DNA of 64,000 nt from a virus. The first letter of the stretch is position 1; every line of letters starts with the position of its first letter. The translations under genes and the position numbers were made by a program. Below the pieces are notes generated by a model. The model made no database searches and had not been told where the DNA came from. It was given only the letters and a program-made list of their open reading frames with translations. This document shows, piece by piece, positions 18,526-27,416 of this stretch. The DNA lies in IMG/VR virus record IMGVR_UViG_3300021399_000145, positions 1 to 64,000 of that record. The stretch is one strand, 5' to 3'.

Positions 18526-18957
18526 TTATTTTAATATATCATCTGCGTTTTCTCCATATCCATTTTCGACAAACCAACTGGCGCGGCGTTTCGCGGTATC
18601 TAAATTATTAATCATTTCGTTGTATGTTTTTATATATATACTAGCAAGATACTCTTCGCACCAACGTTTAATGTCTTTTACGGTGTGTGTGCAGACCCCG
18701 TTATAACCATACATACGCTTGCCATATTCATCTCTATGATTACGATATGCGCTATCGTAGTCAAAACCCTTCCTTGAACCACCAAAGCTAACCTCGAATG
18801 AATACGCGTTGTAAATGTGATATTCGTTAGCATTTTCCTGTTGAAATGCATTTGTAAAATCTTTGAATGAAATTTTGTTTATGGTAACATCTTCGTCTAT
18901 TAATACACAATCATACCACCCTATATCGGCATCGGTATCATCCCAAACAAATTTCAT
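18526..18957 (-). CDS. Hypothetical protein
   Basis: ORF track. Confidence 0.35.
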   Translation of the reverse strand: MKFVWDDTDADIGWYDCVLIDEDVTINKISFKDFTNAFQQENANEYHIYNAYSFEVSFGGSRKGFDYDSAYRNHRDEYGKRMYGYNGVCTHTVKDIKRWCEEYLASIYIKTYNEMINNLDTAKRRASWFVENGYGENADDILK

Positions 18958-18969
18958 ATAACTCTCCTT

Positions 18970-19272
18970 TTATTCTTCTTTGATAACATTCTTGTCGAAA
19001 ACGACTTTAATAACCTTATCTTTAATGGCTTCTCTAACGGCTTGTTTTACCCAATAACTTCCTAAAATATCGGTTACTTTATATTTTATATATTCTTTAA
19101 ATCCACCACTATAAGACTCACCTATCTTTTCTAATTCTTGTACTATTGCGCGTTTAATTTTATTATCTATCTCTTCTTTAACCATTTCTTTTAATGTTTG
19201 TTGATTAATTCCCGCGTCTGCTAAAAGTTGACTTATTTGTCTTTTTATTTCTCTTCTCTCTTCGTAGTACAT
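18970..19272 (-). CDS. Hypothetical protein (Lys/Glu-rich helical)
   Basis: ORF track. Confidence 0.35.
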   Translation of the reverse strand: MYYEERREIKRQISQLLADAGINQQTLKEMVKEEIDNKIKRAIVQELEKIGESYSGGFKEYIKYKVTDILGSYWVKQAVREAIKDKVIKVVFDKNVIKEE

Positions 19273-19280
19273 ATACCCAA

Positions 19281-19613
19281 TTATACTCCTTTTTCTTTAA
19301 TCATTTTGTACCCACAATGCGGACAATAATCACTCAATACTGTCTTATGTCTTAGCCAATCTCTCATTGCCCATCCGTCACAATTAGAACAGTAATAATG
19401 TCCAAAATGTTCTGGCGGCATCATACCTTTAGCCTTAACCCAATAAGCTGTTTCGCAATTTATATTTTTATTTAAAGGTTTAATCATTTCATCTTTTGCT
19501 GTTGGTATTTTTCGTATTTCTTGTACTTTTTGACAATTATAATTACAGTCCCATCTATCACAAAATGAACAGATTAAACTTATTACATTATCTTCATTAA
19601 TTAATCTTCCCAA
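19281..19613 (-). CDS. Zinc-ribbon array member (CxxC...CSNCDGW...CPHCGYKM)
   Basis: Cys pairs with the CPHCG terminal ribbon shared with the downstream paralogs. Confidence 0.45.
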   Translation of the reverse strand: MGRLINEDNVISLICSFCDRWDCNYNCQKVQEIRKIPTAKDEMIKPLNKNINCETAYWVKAKGMMPPEHFGHYYCSNCDGWAMRDWLRHKTVLSDYCPHCGYKMIKEKGV

Positions 19614-19881
19614 TTGTTAATCCTTTCATATTAGAACCGCAATGTCTGCAATAATTATCATAATTATCTAAGTCATAAACATCTTTAAAATATCGACCAC
19701 AGTTTGAACATCGCGCTTCATCGCCCCACTTGCGAATAATCCAAATAGCGGTCTTTTGTTCTTGTTGTACTGGTGGTAAAGCTTTTACGGCATCAACAGC
19801 GCAGTCTAACCATGCATTAGGTTTTTCGTGTAATTCATTTATTGTATCTATAACAACTTGTTTATTAATTAATTCAACCAT
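19597..19881 (-). CDS. Zinc-ribbon array member (ALPPVQQE ... CSNCG ... CRHCGSNM)
   Basis: Shares the LPxxQxE linker and the terminal C-x-x-CG ribbon with the array. Confidence 0.45.
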   Translation of the reverse strand: MVELINKQVVIDTINELHEKPNAWLDCAVDAVKALPPVQQEQKTAIWIIRKWGDEARCSNCGRYFKDVYDLDNYDNYCRHCGSNMKGLTIGKIN

Positions 19882-19888
19882 CGTTACA

Positions 19889-20128
19889 TCATTCCATCTT
19901 TGCCCCGCAGTTTGGGCAGAAGTCTGTTATCTCTCCGTTCTTCGGCTCAGACTTACACTCAGAGCAGTAAGGATAGTAGCCATCAGAGCTGATAATCCAG
20001 TGCGGTCGATTACGATTAGGCTGTACCTCACGGTTCAGCGGCGCAATCATCTGTTCGTACTCTCCAAGTGTGATATCTCCATTATCAAGCTTGCGGTCTG
20101 CGTCTCTTATCAGGTCAAGATATGTCAT
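19889..20128 (-). CDS. Zinc-ribbon array member (CSEC...CPNCGAKM)
   Basis: Terminal CPNCGA-K/D-M motif. Confidence 0.45.
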   Translation of the reverse strand: MTYLDLIRDADRKLDNGDITLGEYEQMIAPLNREVQPNRNRPHWIISSDGYYPYCSECKSEPKNGEITDFCPNCGAKME

Positions 20129-20352
20129 TCATTCTCACCTCCACGATACGACTCTGGTTCTTCTCGATTGCATATTTCCAAAAAATCCTCTTTTGACTTT
20201 TCTTCAATTTCTTTTTGGATGCCTTTGTCTGACAGTTCGTGAGTGAATACTGGTCTGCCGAGTTTTTTCTGGATATATTTATGAACATCATCAAAGTCGC
20301 ACATCAATACTCCAGTGTATGCTGATACTATTATCTTTTCTCGCTTAGTCAT
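20125..20352 (-). CDS. Small hypothetical protein within the array
   Basis: ORF with overlapping stops/starts. It lacks the ribbon. Confidence 0.3.
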   Translation of the reverse strand: MTKREKIIVSAYTGVLMCDFDDVHKYIQKKLGRPVFTHELSDKGIQKEIEEKSKEDFLEICNREEPESYRGGENE

Positions 20353-20659
20353 TTTCCGTACCTCTCATATCCGCTCCGCAGTTCGGACAGAACTTCAAAT
20401 CATCTACCGTAAACCCTATATCGCACCATCTGTACGCATCCACCGTAAATCTCTGTTTGCAATTAGAACACATAATGTCATCATATTTTTCAGTGTCAGA
20501 ATCAAGGTCTATCCACTCGCCCTTCGGACGTTCTGGTTGTGCGGGTGGCAATGCTATTATTTTACTCGCATACCAATCAGGATAGTGTGCATCGGGATAT
20601 TCTCCCATAATCGCATCAATCGCCGCCTGTCTGTTTATAGTGTCATTCATCCTGTTCAT
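20345..20659 (-). CDS. Zinc-ribbon array member (RQAAIDAI ... ALPPAQPERPKGEW ... CSNC ... CPNCGADMR)
   Basis: Full family architecture. Confidence 0.5.
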   Translation of the reverse strand: MNRMNDTINRQAAIDAIMGEYPDAHYPDWYASKIIALPPAQPERPKGEWIDLDSDTEKYDDIMCSNCKQRFTVDAYRWCDIGFTVDDLKFCPNCGADMRGTEND

Positions 20660-20831
20660 TCCTTTCTATCGGACATATTGGTAACAACCATTTTACCAAC
20701 GTGTCGCATCCATCAATCTGAACACTTAGTTTATTACATACATATGTCCAATCATCGATAGACATATCCCACGCTTGTAAATACGGGCAGTCAATAGGGC
20801 AATCAATCGGAAATTGAATCATTTTGTTCAC
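20643..20831 (-). CDS. Small Cys-rich protein within the array
   Basis: CPIDCP..C..C..C. Confidence 0.3.
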   Translation of the reverse strand: MNKMIQFPIDCPIDCPYLQAWDMSIDDWTYVCNKLSVQIDGCDTLVKWLLPICPIERNEQDE

Positions 20832-21084
20832 CTATCATATCTGCTCCGCACATCGGGCAAGTATCGAACGCATAGCTTCGTCCTTCTCCACAACTCGGAC
20901 ACTCGTACCTGACTATCCACCGTCCCATCTTGTGTTTTGGCTGTACAGATGGCAATTCCATAATCTCATCTTCGAACACGTCACTTGGAATGCCGTAATT
21001 CGCAGTCCAATAATCTGTTGACATATCCTGCGTGTATTTGTCTATGAGGTCAATAACCGCAGAACGTTCAATTAAATCGTTCAT
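20803..21084 (-). CDS. Zinc-ribbon array member (MNDLIERSAVIDLI ... LPSVQPKHKMGRW ... CPSCG ... CPMCGADM)
   Basis: Full family architecture. Confidence 0.5.
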   Translation of the reverse strand: MNDLIERSAVIDLIDKYTQDMSTDYWTANYGIPSDVFEDEIMELPSVQPKHKMGRWIVRYECPSCGEGRSYAFDTCPMCGADMIGEQNDSISD

Positions 21085-21406
21085 CCTGTTCTCTTCTCAT
21101 ATCTGCTCCGCAGTTCGGGCAAAACGCTGTTTGATGCTTACCAACACCATATCCACACTCAGAACAATACCACGGCATCCAACCTAATAATTGTCCGTTA
21201 TGTTTTGCTCGTTCCTCTTCTTCGTTTATATGTTTCCAATACCCTTTCTTTCGTTCTGGCTGTGCGGATGGAATGGCGATTACAATGCTTTTTGCAATGT
21301 CCATTATATTGACCATATCATTCTCAAAGCCAAAACAATAAATCAACTTTCTCTGCCGTTCGTTGATTTCATTAATTACCGTCTGTCTGCTTATCAAATC
21401 ATTCAT
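21068..21406 (-). CDS. Zinc-ribbon array member (MNDLISRQTVINEI ... IPSAQPERKKGYW ... CSECG ... CPNCGADMR)
   Basis: Full family architecture. Confidence 0.5.
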   Translation of the reverse strand: MNDLISRQTVINEINERQRKLIYCFGFENDMVNIMDIAKSIVIAIPSAQPERKKGYWKHINEEEERAKHNGQLLGWMPWYCSECGYGVGKHQTAFCPNCGADMRREQDERFN

Positions 21407-21737
21407 CCTCTATACATCTCATATCTGCCCCGCAGTTCGGGCAGAAATTATATAATGGCTGTCCATCTTCCACCCGATAACCGCAAGCATCACAAAACCA
21501 ATAGTCATACGTTACATATACCAAAGTTGCCCCAATGTATTCACAGCTTTTTTCTCTATGCGGTGTCCACCTTCCCCTCATCCTATTTGGCTGTGCAGAT
21601 GGTAGTTCTTCCAATGCATCACGGATAAACCGCTCTCGCTCTTTACTGAATCCGCCGTCCCAATCGTCAGCCGCTTCTATTGCCGCATCAATCGCCGCCT
21701 GTCTGGAAATTAAATCATCCTCTTTTTCACCTCTCAT
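21399..21737 (-). CDS. Zinc-ribbon array member (DLISRQAAIDAAI ... LPSAQPNRMRGRW ... CDACG ... CPNCGADMR)
   Basis: Full family architecture. Confidence 0.5.
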   Translation of the reverse strand: MRGEKEDDLISRQAAIDAAIEAADDWDGGFSKERERFIRDALEELPSAQPNRMRGRWTPHREKSCEYIGATLVYVTYDYWFCDACGYRVEDGQPLYNFCPNCGADMRCIEDE

Positions 21738-22023
21738 ATCGAATATCTCCGTGTTTGATAATGCTACGAATCATCCAATCGTAACCACAGAATCCTTTTG
21801 ACTTCCTCTCTAGTTTTCTAGCCTCATTAGCCGACATTCGTGTGGTTGTAACGCAAGCAGTCCAACCGTCATCCCAACTGTGGTAGAATGACTTATTCCA
21901 ATACTCTTTTGGTACATCGCATTCTCTGCGTGTTCGCACAAACAACTGTCCTTCTTGAGACCATTTACTATTCCACGAGCCTTTATTCGGCATTGATAAT
22001 TTAAACACTATCATCCTGTTCAC
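21727..22023 (-). CDS. Hypothetical protein interrupting the array (Trp-rich, no ribbon)
   Basis: ORF track. It is distinct from its neighbours. Confidence 0.35.
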   Translation of the reverse strand: MNRMIVFKLSMPNKGSWNSKWSQEGQLFVRTRRECDVPKEYWNKSFYHSWDDGWTACVTTTRMSANEARKLERKSKGFCGYDWMIRSIIKHGDIRYER

Positions 22024-22504
22024 CTCTCCATTTCTTCACCATTACGGAAATATGTGCCGCCGCCAGATTTGCGAATTCATTATCGAGACTTTTTAGCCAC
22101 TCGATATGTTCCTTAATCCACGATAGCGAAATTGACGGTTCGGGTTGTGAAATAACAACATCTGGATTCTGATATTCGCAAGGGCTTCCGAGATAACACG
22201 GCGTCTCTGACTGTGCGGATGGCACTCTTTGTAATATATAAACTTCCTCGCACCAATTATCTCCTTTTTGGATTGTTGAACAAGTTTCTGGTTTGTCAAC
22301 TGTACATTTAGAACATAATGTATTAATAGCGGTCTGTCTGCTGATTATGTCACCGACATTTGTGTCGGTCGCAACGGGCTGTGCGGATTCAAGCATATCC
22401 TTTATTTCGGTTAATGCTTGTTCATAATGCCACAAATCACTGTGTTCTGCCTTGCCAATATCAGCTGAGATATTGATTAACCAATTAACGGCTTCTCTGT
22501 TATC
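22001..22504 (-). CDS. Divergent array member (DIISRQTAINTLCSKC ... RVPSAQSE); start reassigned to MDNREAV
   Basis: Carries the family helix and the PSAQ linker, with a different Cys arrangement. Confidence 0.4.
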   Translation of the reverse strand, partial: DNREAVNWLINISADIGKAEHSDLWHYEQALTEIKDMLESAQPVATDTNVGDIISRQTAINTLCSKCTVDKPETCSTIQKGDNWCEEVYILQRVPSAQSETPCYLGSPCEYQNPDVVISQPEPSISLSWIKEHIEWLKSLDNEFANLAAAHISVMVKKWRGEQDDSV

Positions 22505-22820
22505 CATCGGTTCTCCTTTCCGCAAGACCACAATAAAAATCATCTTTGACCGTGACTCCAAAAATTGTAGCCCACGCATTTGCCACGCAATTCTTCGTTC
22601 CTTTGTGCTTGCAGTCCTTACATTTGATTATCTCTGGCTGTTTGCGTCTTTCCTTCAGCTCTCTCAGCCATTCCGCAAATTGTTTGTATTCATTTGCACT
22701 TTTATACAATTTTTGTGAATGGAGGGCAGAATTATCTGCCATGCCCTCATAAGTATTTGCTACTTCCTCGAACTGTTCGATAGTTTCTTCAAGTGTCATC
22801 ATCTGTTCTCCTTTCTGCAT
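22500..22820 (-). CDS. CKDCKH / DDFYCGxAERRTD small protein, paralog A (start uncertain)
   Basis: The C-terminal half is near-identical in pattern to the 22789-23124 product. Confidence 0.4.
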   Translation of the reverse strand: MQKGEQMMTLEETIEQFEEVANTYEGMADNSALHSQKLYKSANEYKQFAEWLRELKERRKQPEIIKCKDCKHKGTKNCVANAWATIFGVTVKDDFYCGLAERRTDG

Positions 22821-23124
22821 ATCCGCAGTAAAAATCATCGTCTGTATCGATGTGCGACACATCGTATGTTTCTCCGTATAGTGAACGCCACATATCATCA
22901 CTTTCGCAAAACCCAAACGACAACAGAACACCTTTATAATTGGTCTGTTGCTTCCAGTGCTTGCAGTCCTTGCACAGAATTATCTCTGGCTGTTCCAATG
23001 CTTCGATTGCCATTTCGAGAGCTTCCACAATGTTGTCATCTTCAACCTTCATGGTAATGTTCGCATAGTCCACGAATGAGTCTAGGATTGGTTTTAGAAT
23101 TTTAATTGCTTCTTCTCTGCTCAT
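22789..23124 (-). CDS. CKDCKH / DDFYCGxAERRTD small protein, paralog B
   Basis: PEIILCKDCKHW ... DDFYCGYAERRTD matches paralog A. Confidence 0.45.
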   Translation of the reverse strand: MSREEAIKILKPILDSFVDYANITMKVEDDNIVEALEMAIEALEQPEIILCKDCKHWKQQTNYKGVLLSFGFCESDDMWRSLYGETYDVSHIDTDDDFYCGYAERRTDDDT

Positions 23125-23408
23125 TCGTTCATCATCCCCAAGCTATCTCTGAACACATCCAATATCATTTTTGCCCTGTCAATATCTGGATAGCGCACAT
23201 CGGGTGTTGGGTGTGTCAGAATCCGCCACGCTTCGTCATACTCAAACTTTGCAGACTTGAGGATTTTCAGCCATGCGAGCATATACCTGCATTTCTCTGC
23301 ACTTTCGAGATAATACGCCTTTACCGTAGGATACACACTTGTCTCAGCAAGCTCCTTGTTCATTCTTTCGGAATTTTCGTATTGCTCAATCGCCTGCTCA
23401 ATCGTCAT
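23121..23408 (-). CDS. Hypothetical protein
   Basis: ORF track. Confidence 0.35.
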   Translation of the reverse strand: MTIEQAIEQYENSERMNKELAETSVYPTVKAYYLESAEKCRYMLAWLKILKSAKFEYDEAWRILTHPTPDVRYPDIDRAKMILDVFRDSLGMMNE

Positions 23409-23590
23409 TCGTCCTCACCTTCCTTACTGTTGTGTTTAGTATATTCTTTCTCAAAATTTTTAATACCTTCAATTAGACGTTCACAATATTCTTGTGCTAA
23501 ACACTTTTTACAATGATTAAGATGTTTATGTTCTTGAATATATTTTTAAAGTGATTTAAATTCCGTACCGTCGTTCATCAGTACATTCGT

Positions 23591-23800
23591 TTATCCTCTC
23601 CTATCCTTTTTTTCGTTAAGTAATTCACAAAACCAGTTATAAAATATTTGCAAAGATTCTGTTAATTCATATTCAGTAACATAGACTGGACACGTACCAT
23701 CACAGCATCCATGACTCTTACAGTAGGGTTCTTTGTCGTTACGACATGTCAGTTCTTTTTCGATATTGGCTATTGCTTCTTCTCTGGTCATCCATCCCAT
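23591..23800 (-). CDS. Small Cys-rich protein (CxxxxxxCxxxxCCxxxC)
   Basis: ORF track; 7 Cys in 69 aa. Confidence 0.35.
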   Translation of the reverse strand: MGWMTREEAIANIEKELTCRNDKEPYCKSHGCCDGTCPVYVTEYELTESLQIFYNWFCELLNEKKDRRG

Positions 23801-23967
23801 TCATCCTCATCCTCTATCTTTTTGTCAAGCCAGTCAGTAAAGCCGATACGTCCTGAATGACAGTATTCTCTCGCAACGCATATAAAGCAATCCGTTTTAA
23901 GTTCCGCACAAAGCAGGTTTGCAAGCTCTTCCTTCGTGCAAGACTGGATGTATTCCATGTTTGTCAT
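23788..23967 (-). CDS. Small Cys-containing protein (about 59 aa), manually translated
   Basis: MTNMEYIQSCTKEELANLLCAELKTDCFICVAREYCHSG... The stop overlaps the next ATG (ATGGGATGGATGA). Confidence 0.25.
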   Translation of the reverse strand: MTNMEYIQSCTKEELANLLCAELKTDCFICVAREYCHSGRIGFTDWLDKKIEDEDEWDG

Positions 23968-24106
23968 TCGTCCACCTCACTTATACTTCCCCAATCGTCT
24001 TGCTCATACCCCAAAAGCATTGTAATTAATTCCTTTTATTCTTCAATGTCACCATTAAACTTAAAAATCAGTTCATTTCCGTATAGGTCAGTGCTTTTAA
24101 ACTCTA

Positions 24107-24466
24107 TCATTCGTCATCACATTCTTCCGCTTCGATTACTGTTGGTATTTTTGCTATGTACGGCATAACTCCAAGCAAATCAATATCTCCATGCTTTTTG
24201 ATAAATTCTTTGTGTGTTCGAAGCGTCTGTAACCTTTCGTGTATTGCATCAATGACATTATCCTCGTCTATCAGCCGACCATGCGGAGTAGGCACTTCGA
24301 CAAGCGTACACCAGTCAGGTCTTTCGTCATCAAGCCCAAGACCAGTTCCTCTGTATGCACAAAAAGGAGTATCATCATGATTGCAGAAAAAACAAAATTT
24401 TGTTTTTCCATTTTCTTCGTATATACAGTTTATTGGCATTTCCATATCCTTAATCAACACACTCAT
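24107..24466 (-). CDS. Hypothetical protein
   Basis: ORF track. Confidence 0.35.
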   Translation of the reverse strand: MSVLIKDMEMPINCIYEENGKTKFCFFCNHDDTPFCAYRGTGLGLDDERPDWCTLVEVPTPHGRLIDEDNVIDAIHERLQTLRTHKEFIKKHGDIDLLGVMPYIAKIPTVIEAEECDDE

Positions 24467-24609
24467 TTAATCACCCCCTGCCATTCCGCCTGCAACCGCA
24501 ATAGCCATACACAACAGAACTACATCGTCTGAAACAATCATCCCATGTGCTTTTCCATATGAAATAAACCAAGCCATTATGATAAATGCAAGCGCTCCAT
24601 ATAAAAATC

Positions 24610-24963
24610 TCATTCGTCCTCACCTGCCCTTCTCTCTCGTATTGTATATATTTCGCCTTCTTGCTCGACGACCTCGTATTTCTTATTGAACTCATTAAAG
24701 CTGACATCGTCAGAGATTGTGACCTTGTATTCCGGAGCTTCGTACATTGTTTGGCGATAAGATATGCAAGCAATTGTTACGGAAGCAACAAAGAGAAAAA
24801 CAAATGCGAGTAAAATTCCAGGATGTTCGCCGTATTTATCATCTTCAAAGATTATTATTGCAATAATTGCGAAAAACAATGACGCAAGGGCGAAGACAAA
24901 ACTTAGCATACTATCACACCCACGGTACATCGACTCGCTTAAAATCGTTATTCCGTCAATCAT
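24610..24963 (-). CDS. Two-TM membrane protein
   Basis: Two hydrophobic helices followed by an acidic tail. Confidence 0.35.
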   Translation of the reverse strand: MIDGITILSESMYRGCDSMLSFVFALASLFFAIIAIIIFEDDKYGEHPGILLAFVFLFVASVTIACISYRQTMYEAPEYKVTISDDVSFNEFNKKYEVVEQEGEIYTIRERRAGEDE

Positions 24964-25369
24964 CTTCTTTCTCCTTGATTTCCTTAACGGCGTCTATGAT
25001 GTAGTCAGCTACGTCTTGAATCGTTTCTTTTGCCGTTCCGATGTTTTCCGTCGTGACCTGCGATGCAATCATCATCTTGTAGATGGTGTCCGATGATTGA
25101 ACGAATATCAAAAATGCAATAGAAAATATAAGTGGTATCATAAATTTCCTTAATATGCTTTTGGGATTAGGATAATTTTCTTCATCACATTCTCCTTTTA
25201 TTTCAATTAACCAGACAAATGTATATGCACCAAAAGCAAGTGCAAAGATAATTACAAACGATAAACAAATAAGTATTAGACTTGTGGTTACGTCTAATAG
25301 GTAAAATAGCCACGGATTAATTATGTAATGCATCATTATTCCCCCTCTCTCTCGCCACAACAAAGACAC
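24956..25369 (-). CDS. Multi-TM membrane protein
   Basis: Three hydrophobic segments. Confidence 0.35.
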   Translation of the reverse strand: MSLLWRERGGIMMHYIINPWLFYLLDVTTSLILICLSFVIIFALAFGAYTFVWLIEIKGECDEENYPNPKSILRKFMIPLIFSIAFLIFVQSSDTIYKMMIASQVTTENIGTAKETIQDVADYIIDAVKEIKEKEDD

Positions 25370-25410
25370 GCAAGATAATAACTATTTTGTAACTTAATTT
25401 TAATCATTAT

Positions 25411-25710
25411 TCAAAACGACTCACACGTTAACCTATATTTGACAATTCTATAATTCGTTCCAAGTTCTTTTACTTTTCTCTTTGCCACTTCTTTTTCTTT
25501 ATAGCATCCTCCACGAGCGTTAAAAATAATTTCGCCAGTCGTAATGTTTTCTATGGCATATAATTCTGTTGGTCGCTTTATCTGTAAAGCCTTGAGTTGT
25601 TTATACTCTTCAAGCCATTTGATAAGCTGTGCATTTTTATATTCCGATTCTAAATCACATAAATTTCCGTTTAATAATTTAAGTTCGTTTATTCTCTCGT
25701 CAAGAGTCAT
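25411..25710 (-). CDS. Hypothetical protein
   Basis: ORF track. Confidence 0.35.
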   Translation of the reverse strand: MTLDERINELKLLNGNLCDLESEYKNAQLIKWLEEYKQLKALQIKRPTELYAIENITTGEIIFNARGGCYKEKEVAKRKVKELGTNYRIVKYRLTCESF

Positions 25711-25732
25711 TTTATATTCTCCACTTTATATC

Positions 25733-25945
25733 TCAAAAAAGTTCAAACTGGTCACCTGTTTCAATGTCTGTTACAAATGGGTCTCCGTCAATATCATACG
25801 GGCAATTTTGCGCCACAATATCGGCGGCTTCTTCTGGTGAATCAGCTTCTACTACATCAGAATATACACACATATATGCTACATGGTATTTACTCATATT
25901 TTTAATCCTTATTATGTTTGTGAAACCACGTTGTTTGAAACTCAA
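25733..25945 (-). CDS. Small acidic hypothetical protein
   Basis: ORF track. Confidence 0.3.
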   Translation of the reverse strand: MSFKQRGFTNIIRIKNMSKYHVAYMCVYSDVVEADSPEEAADIVAQNCPYDIDGDPFVTDIETGDQFELF

Positions 25946-25958
25946 TTATTCATTTAAA

Positions 25959-26441
25959 TTATTCGATTATTTCAATATTATTTGAAAGCCTTGTAACTGT
26001 ATTATTAACAGCCTTTTGCAGTATATCTGTACTTATTTCTATTGGTCTTACTTCACCAGTTCGTGCCATTCCCGCGCAAACACAATCGCAAATCATTTCG
26101 ATAACATCTATAAGGTCTACATCATCTGGACAATTTTTATTTAAATGGTGTCGCTCACAAATACAATGATTTGGATACCATTGTGCATTTTCAAAATTAT
26201 CTATCTTTCCTTCGATTGTCGCGCATAACTCTCTGTAAAATAAACTTCTGTGTGGCTCTGCTGTTTTTGTAAAGTCGTGTAATCGACCCCTATCTTTTAT
26301 TTCTTCTGAAATAGATAGCATCATGTCTTTTACATCTTCGATATGCCATACGTTAGCTGAATTAAATTCAGGAAAAGTAGGAACTCTCTTCGCTGTTCTG
26401 GTATCACCCAATGTATTTGTTCGTATCTTTATCTTTCTCAT
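25959..26441 (-). CDS. Hypothetical protein (His/Cys-rich)
   Basis: ORF track. Confidence 0.35.
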   Translation of the reverse strand: MRKIKIRTNTLGDTRTAKRVPTFPEFNSANVWHIEDVKDMMLSISEEIKDRGRLHDFTKTAEPHRSLFYRELCATIEGKIDNFENAQWYPNHCICERHHLNKNCPDDVDLIDVIEMICDCVCAGMARTGEVRPIEISTDILQKAVNNTVTRLSNNIEIIE

Positions 26442-26453
26442 TTTTATAATCCT

Positions 26454-26711
26454 TTACAAACGGTTATCGATATAATCACTGAGATTGGTAATTTCTGAAT
26501 TAATAGACTCAATTTTTTTATTAATTCGATTTATATCTTTGTTGATTTTCGCTATCTGCTCCTTCTGATATATCAACATCCTTTTTACGTGGTCGAGCGA
26601 ATGAAAAAATTCAACAACTTTACTAACAAATACGCTGACACAAAGACTCATTAAATATATTAATGAAATAATTCCAACTATTAACAAAAGTGTTTTAAAG
26701 AAATCCCACAT
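26454..26711 (-). CDS. Small TM and coiled-coil protein
   Basis: N-terminal hydrophobic helix. Confidence 0.3.
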   Translation of the reverse strand: MWDFFKTLLLIVGIISLIYLMSLCVSVFVSKVVEFFHSLDHVKRMLIYQKEQIAKINKDINRINKKIESINSEITNLSDYIDNRL

Positions 26712-26725
26712 TACTTATTTTCTCC

Positions 26726-27037
26726 TTACTCAATAATTTCGTATACTCTGCCGCGATACCAGAACGGCATTGTTTTTGGTTCGCCATTCTTATCAGGAAC
26801 ATAACTCACCATCTTCTTCTTAGTAATAAATTCTGAATCAGTATTTCTCCATGCGATTTCTGATTCTTTCGCACTCAATCTTGTTAGAAAAAATTCCATA
26901 TCATTAAAATCGTGCGCATAAACTACATATGTTTTATTATTTTTAAGCGTTACAGTATACGCTTGAACTGTTAGCGCACATTTCAGAATCCATTTATATT
27001 CCAAATCTTTTCGCCGTTTAGTTCGTATCTTTTCCAC
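26726..27037 (-). CDS. Hypothetical protein
   Basis: ORF track. Confidence 0.35.
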   Translation of the reverse strand: MEKIRTKRRKDLEYKWILKCALTVQAYTVTLKNNKTYVVYAHDFNDMEFFLTRLSAKESEIAWRNTDSEFITKKKMVSYVPDKNGEPKTMPFWYRGRVYEIIE

Positions 27038-27282
27038 TACTTATTATCTCCTTTTTCAGTAATTATAAGTTCGCAATTATATTTGTCGCAATCTTCTATT
27101 AATAAAACTTTAAGTAATGCATTACCATCAAGTTCCTTTATATAATGGTCGTGTCCTAAAGCTATTCGCTTTTGATAATTTTTGTTTTGCGCGGCTTCAT
27201 CTTCGGAAGATGCAATAGCATATTCGGCTCTCACGCCTCCCAAATAACCGTTATTTGTTATTAAAATATACAATTTTTTCAT
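27037..27282 (-). CDS. Hypothetical protein
   Basis: ORF track, with a promoter-family copy upstream. Confidence 0.35.
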   Translation of the reverse strand: MKKLYILITNNGYLGGVRAEYAIASSEDEAAQNKNYQKRIALGHDHYIKELDGNALLKVLLIEDCDKYNCELIITEKGDNK

Positions 27283-27315
27283 TTTGCAACTCCTTTCATT
27301 TGATTTTACTATATA

Positions 27316-27344
27316 ATTATATACTACTCACATTCTCCTGTCAA
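27316..27344 (-). promoter_or_regulatory. Promoter family copy (TTGACA-GGAGAATGTGAGTAGTA-TATAAT)
   Basis: A perfect -35 and -10 with a 17-nt conserved spacer. Confidence 0.65.
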
Positions 27345-27351
27345 TAATAAG

Positions 27352-27392
27352 TTTTAATAATAAAGGGAGATATAATTTAAATATCCCCCCTT
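27352..27392 (-). terminator. Hairpin terminator downstream of 27417-27809 (GGGGGGATAT-ttaaat-TATATCTCCC then a T/A-run)
   Basis: The inverted repeat around 27365-27390 has T-runs on both sides, so it may act bidirectionally. Confidence 0.45.
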
Positions 27393-27416
27393 TTTAAAAT
27401 TTATATATAATTTTGA

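Noticed and set aside
19730-20761. Long + strand ORFs (19730-20242, 20315-20761, and many others listed in the ORF track opposite minus-strand genes)
   Set aside because: They lie antisense to a continuous, tightly packed minus-strand gene series and have low-complexity translations (Ser/Leu/Cys/Phe-rich) and no RBS. They are treated as shadow ORFs.
23409-23577. A roughly 56-codon minus-strand reading frame (MNDGTEFKSL-stop-KYIQEHKHLNHCKKCLAQEYCERLIEG...) with a single in-frame TAA, which could suggest stop-codon recoding or a suppressor tRNA
   Set aside because: All other genes in the window terminate normally under the standard code. None of the tRNAs has a stop-reading anticodon (UUG, UAU, UAA). 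More likely this is a short gene starting after the TAA, or a decayed gene.
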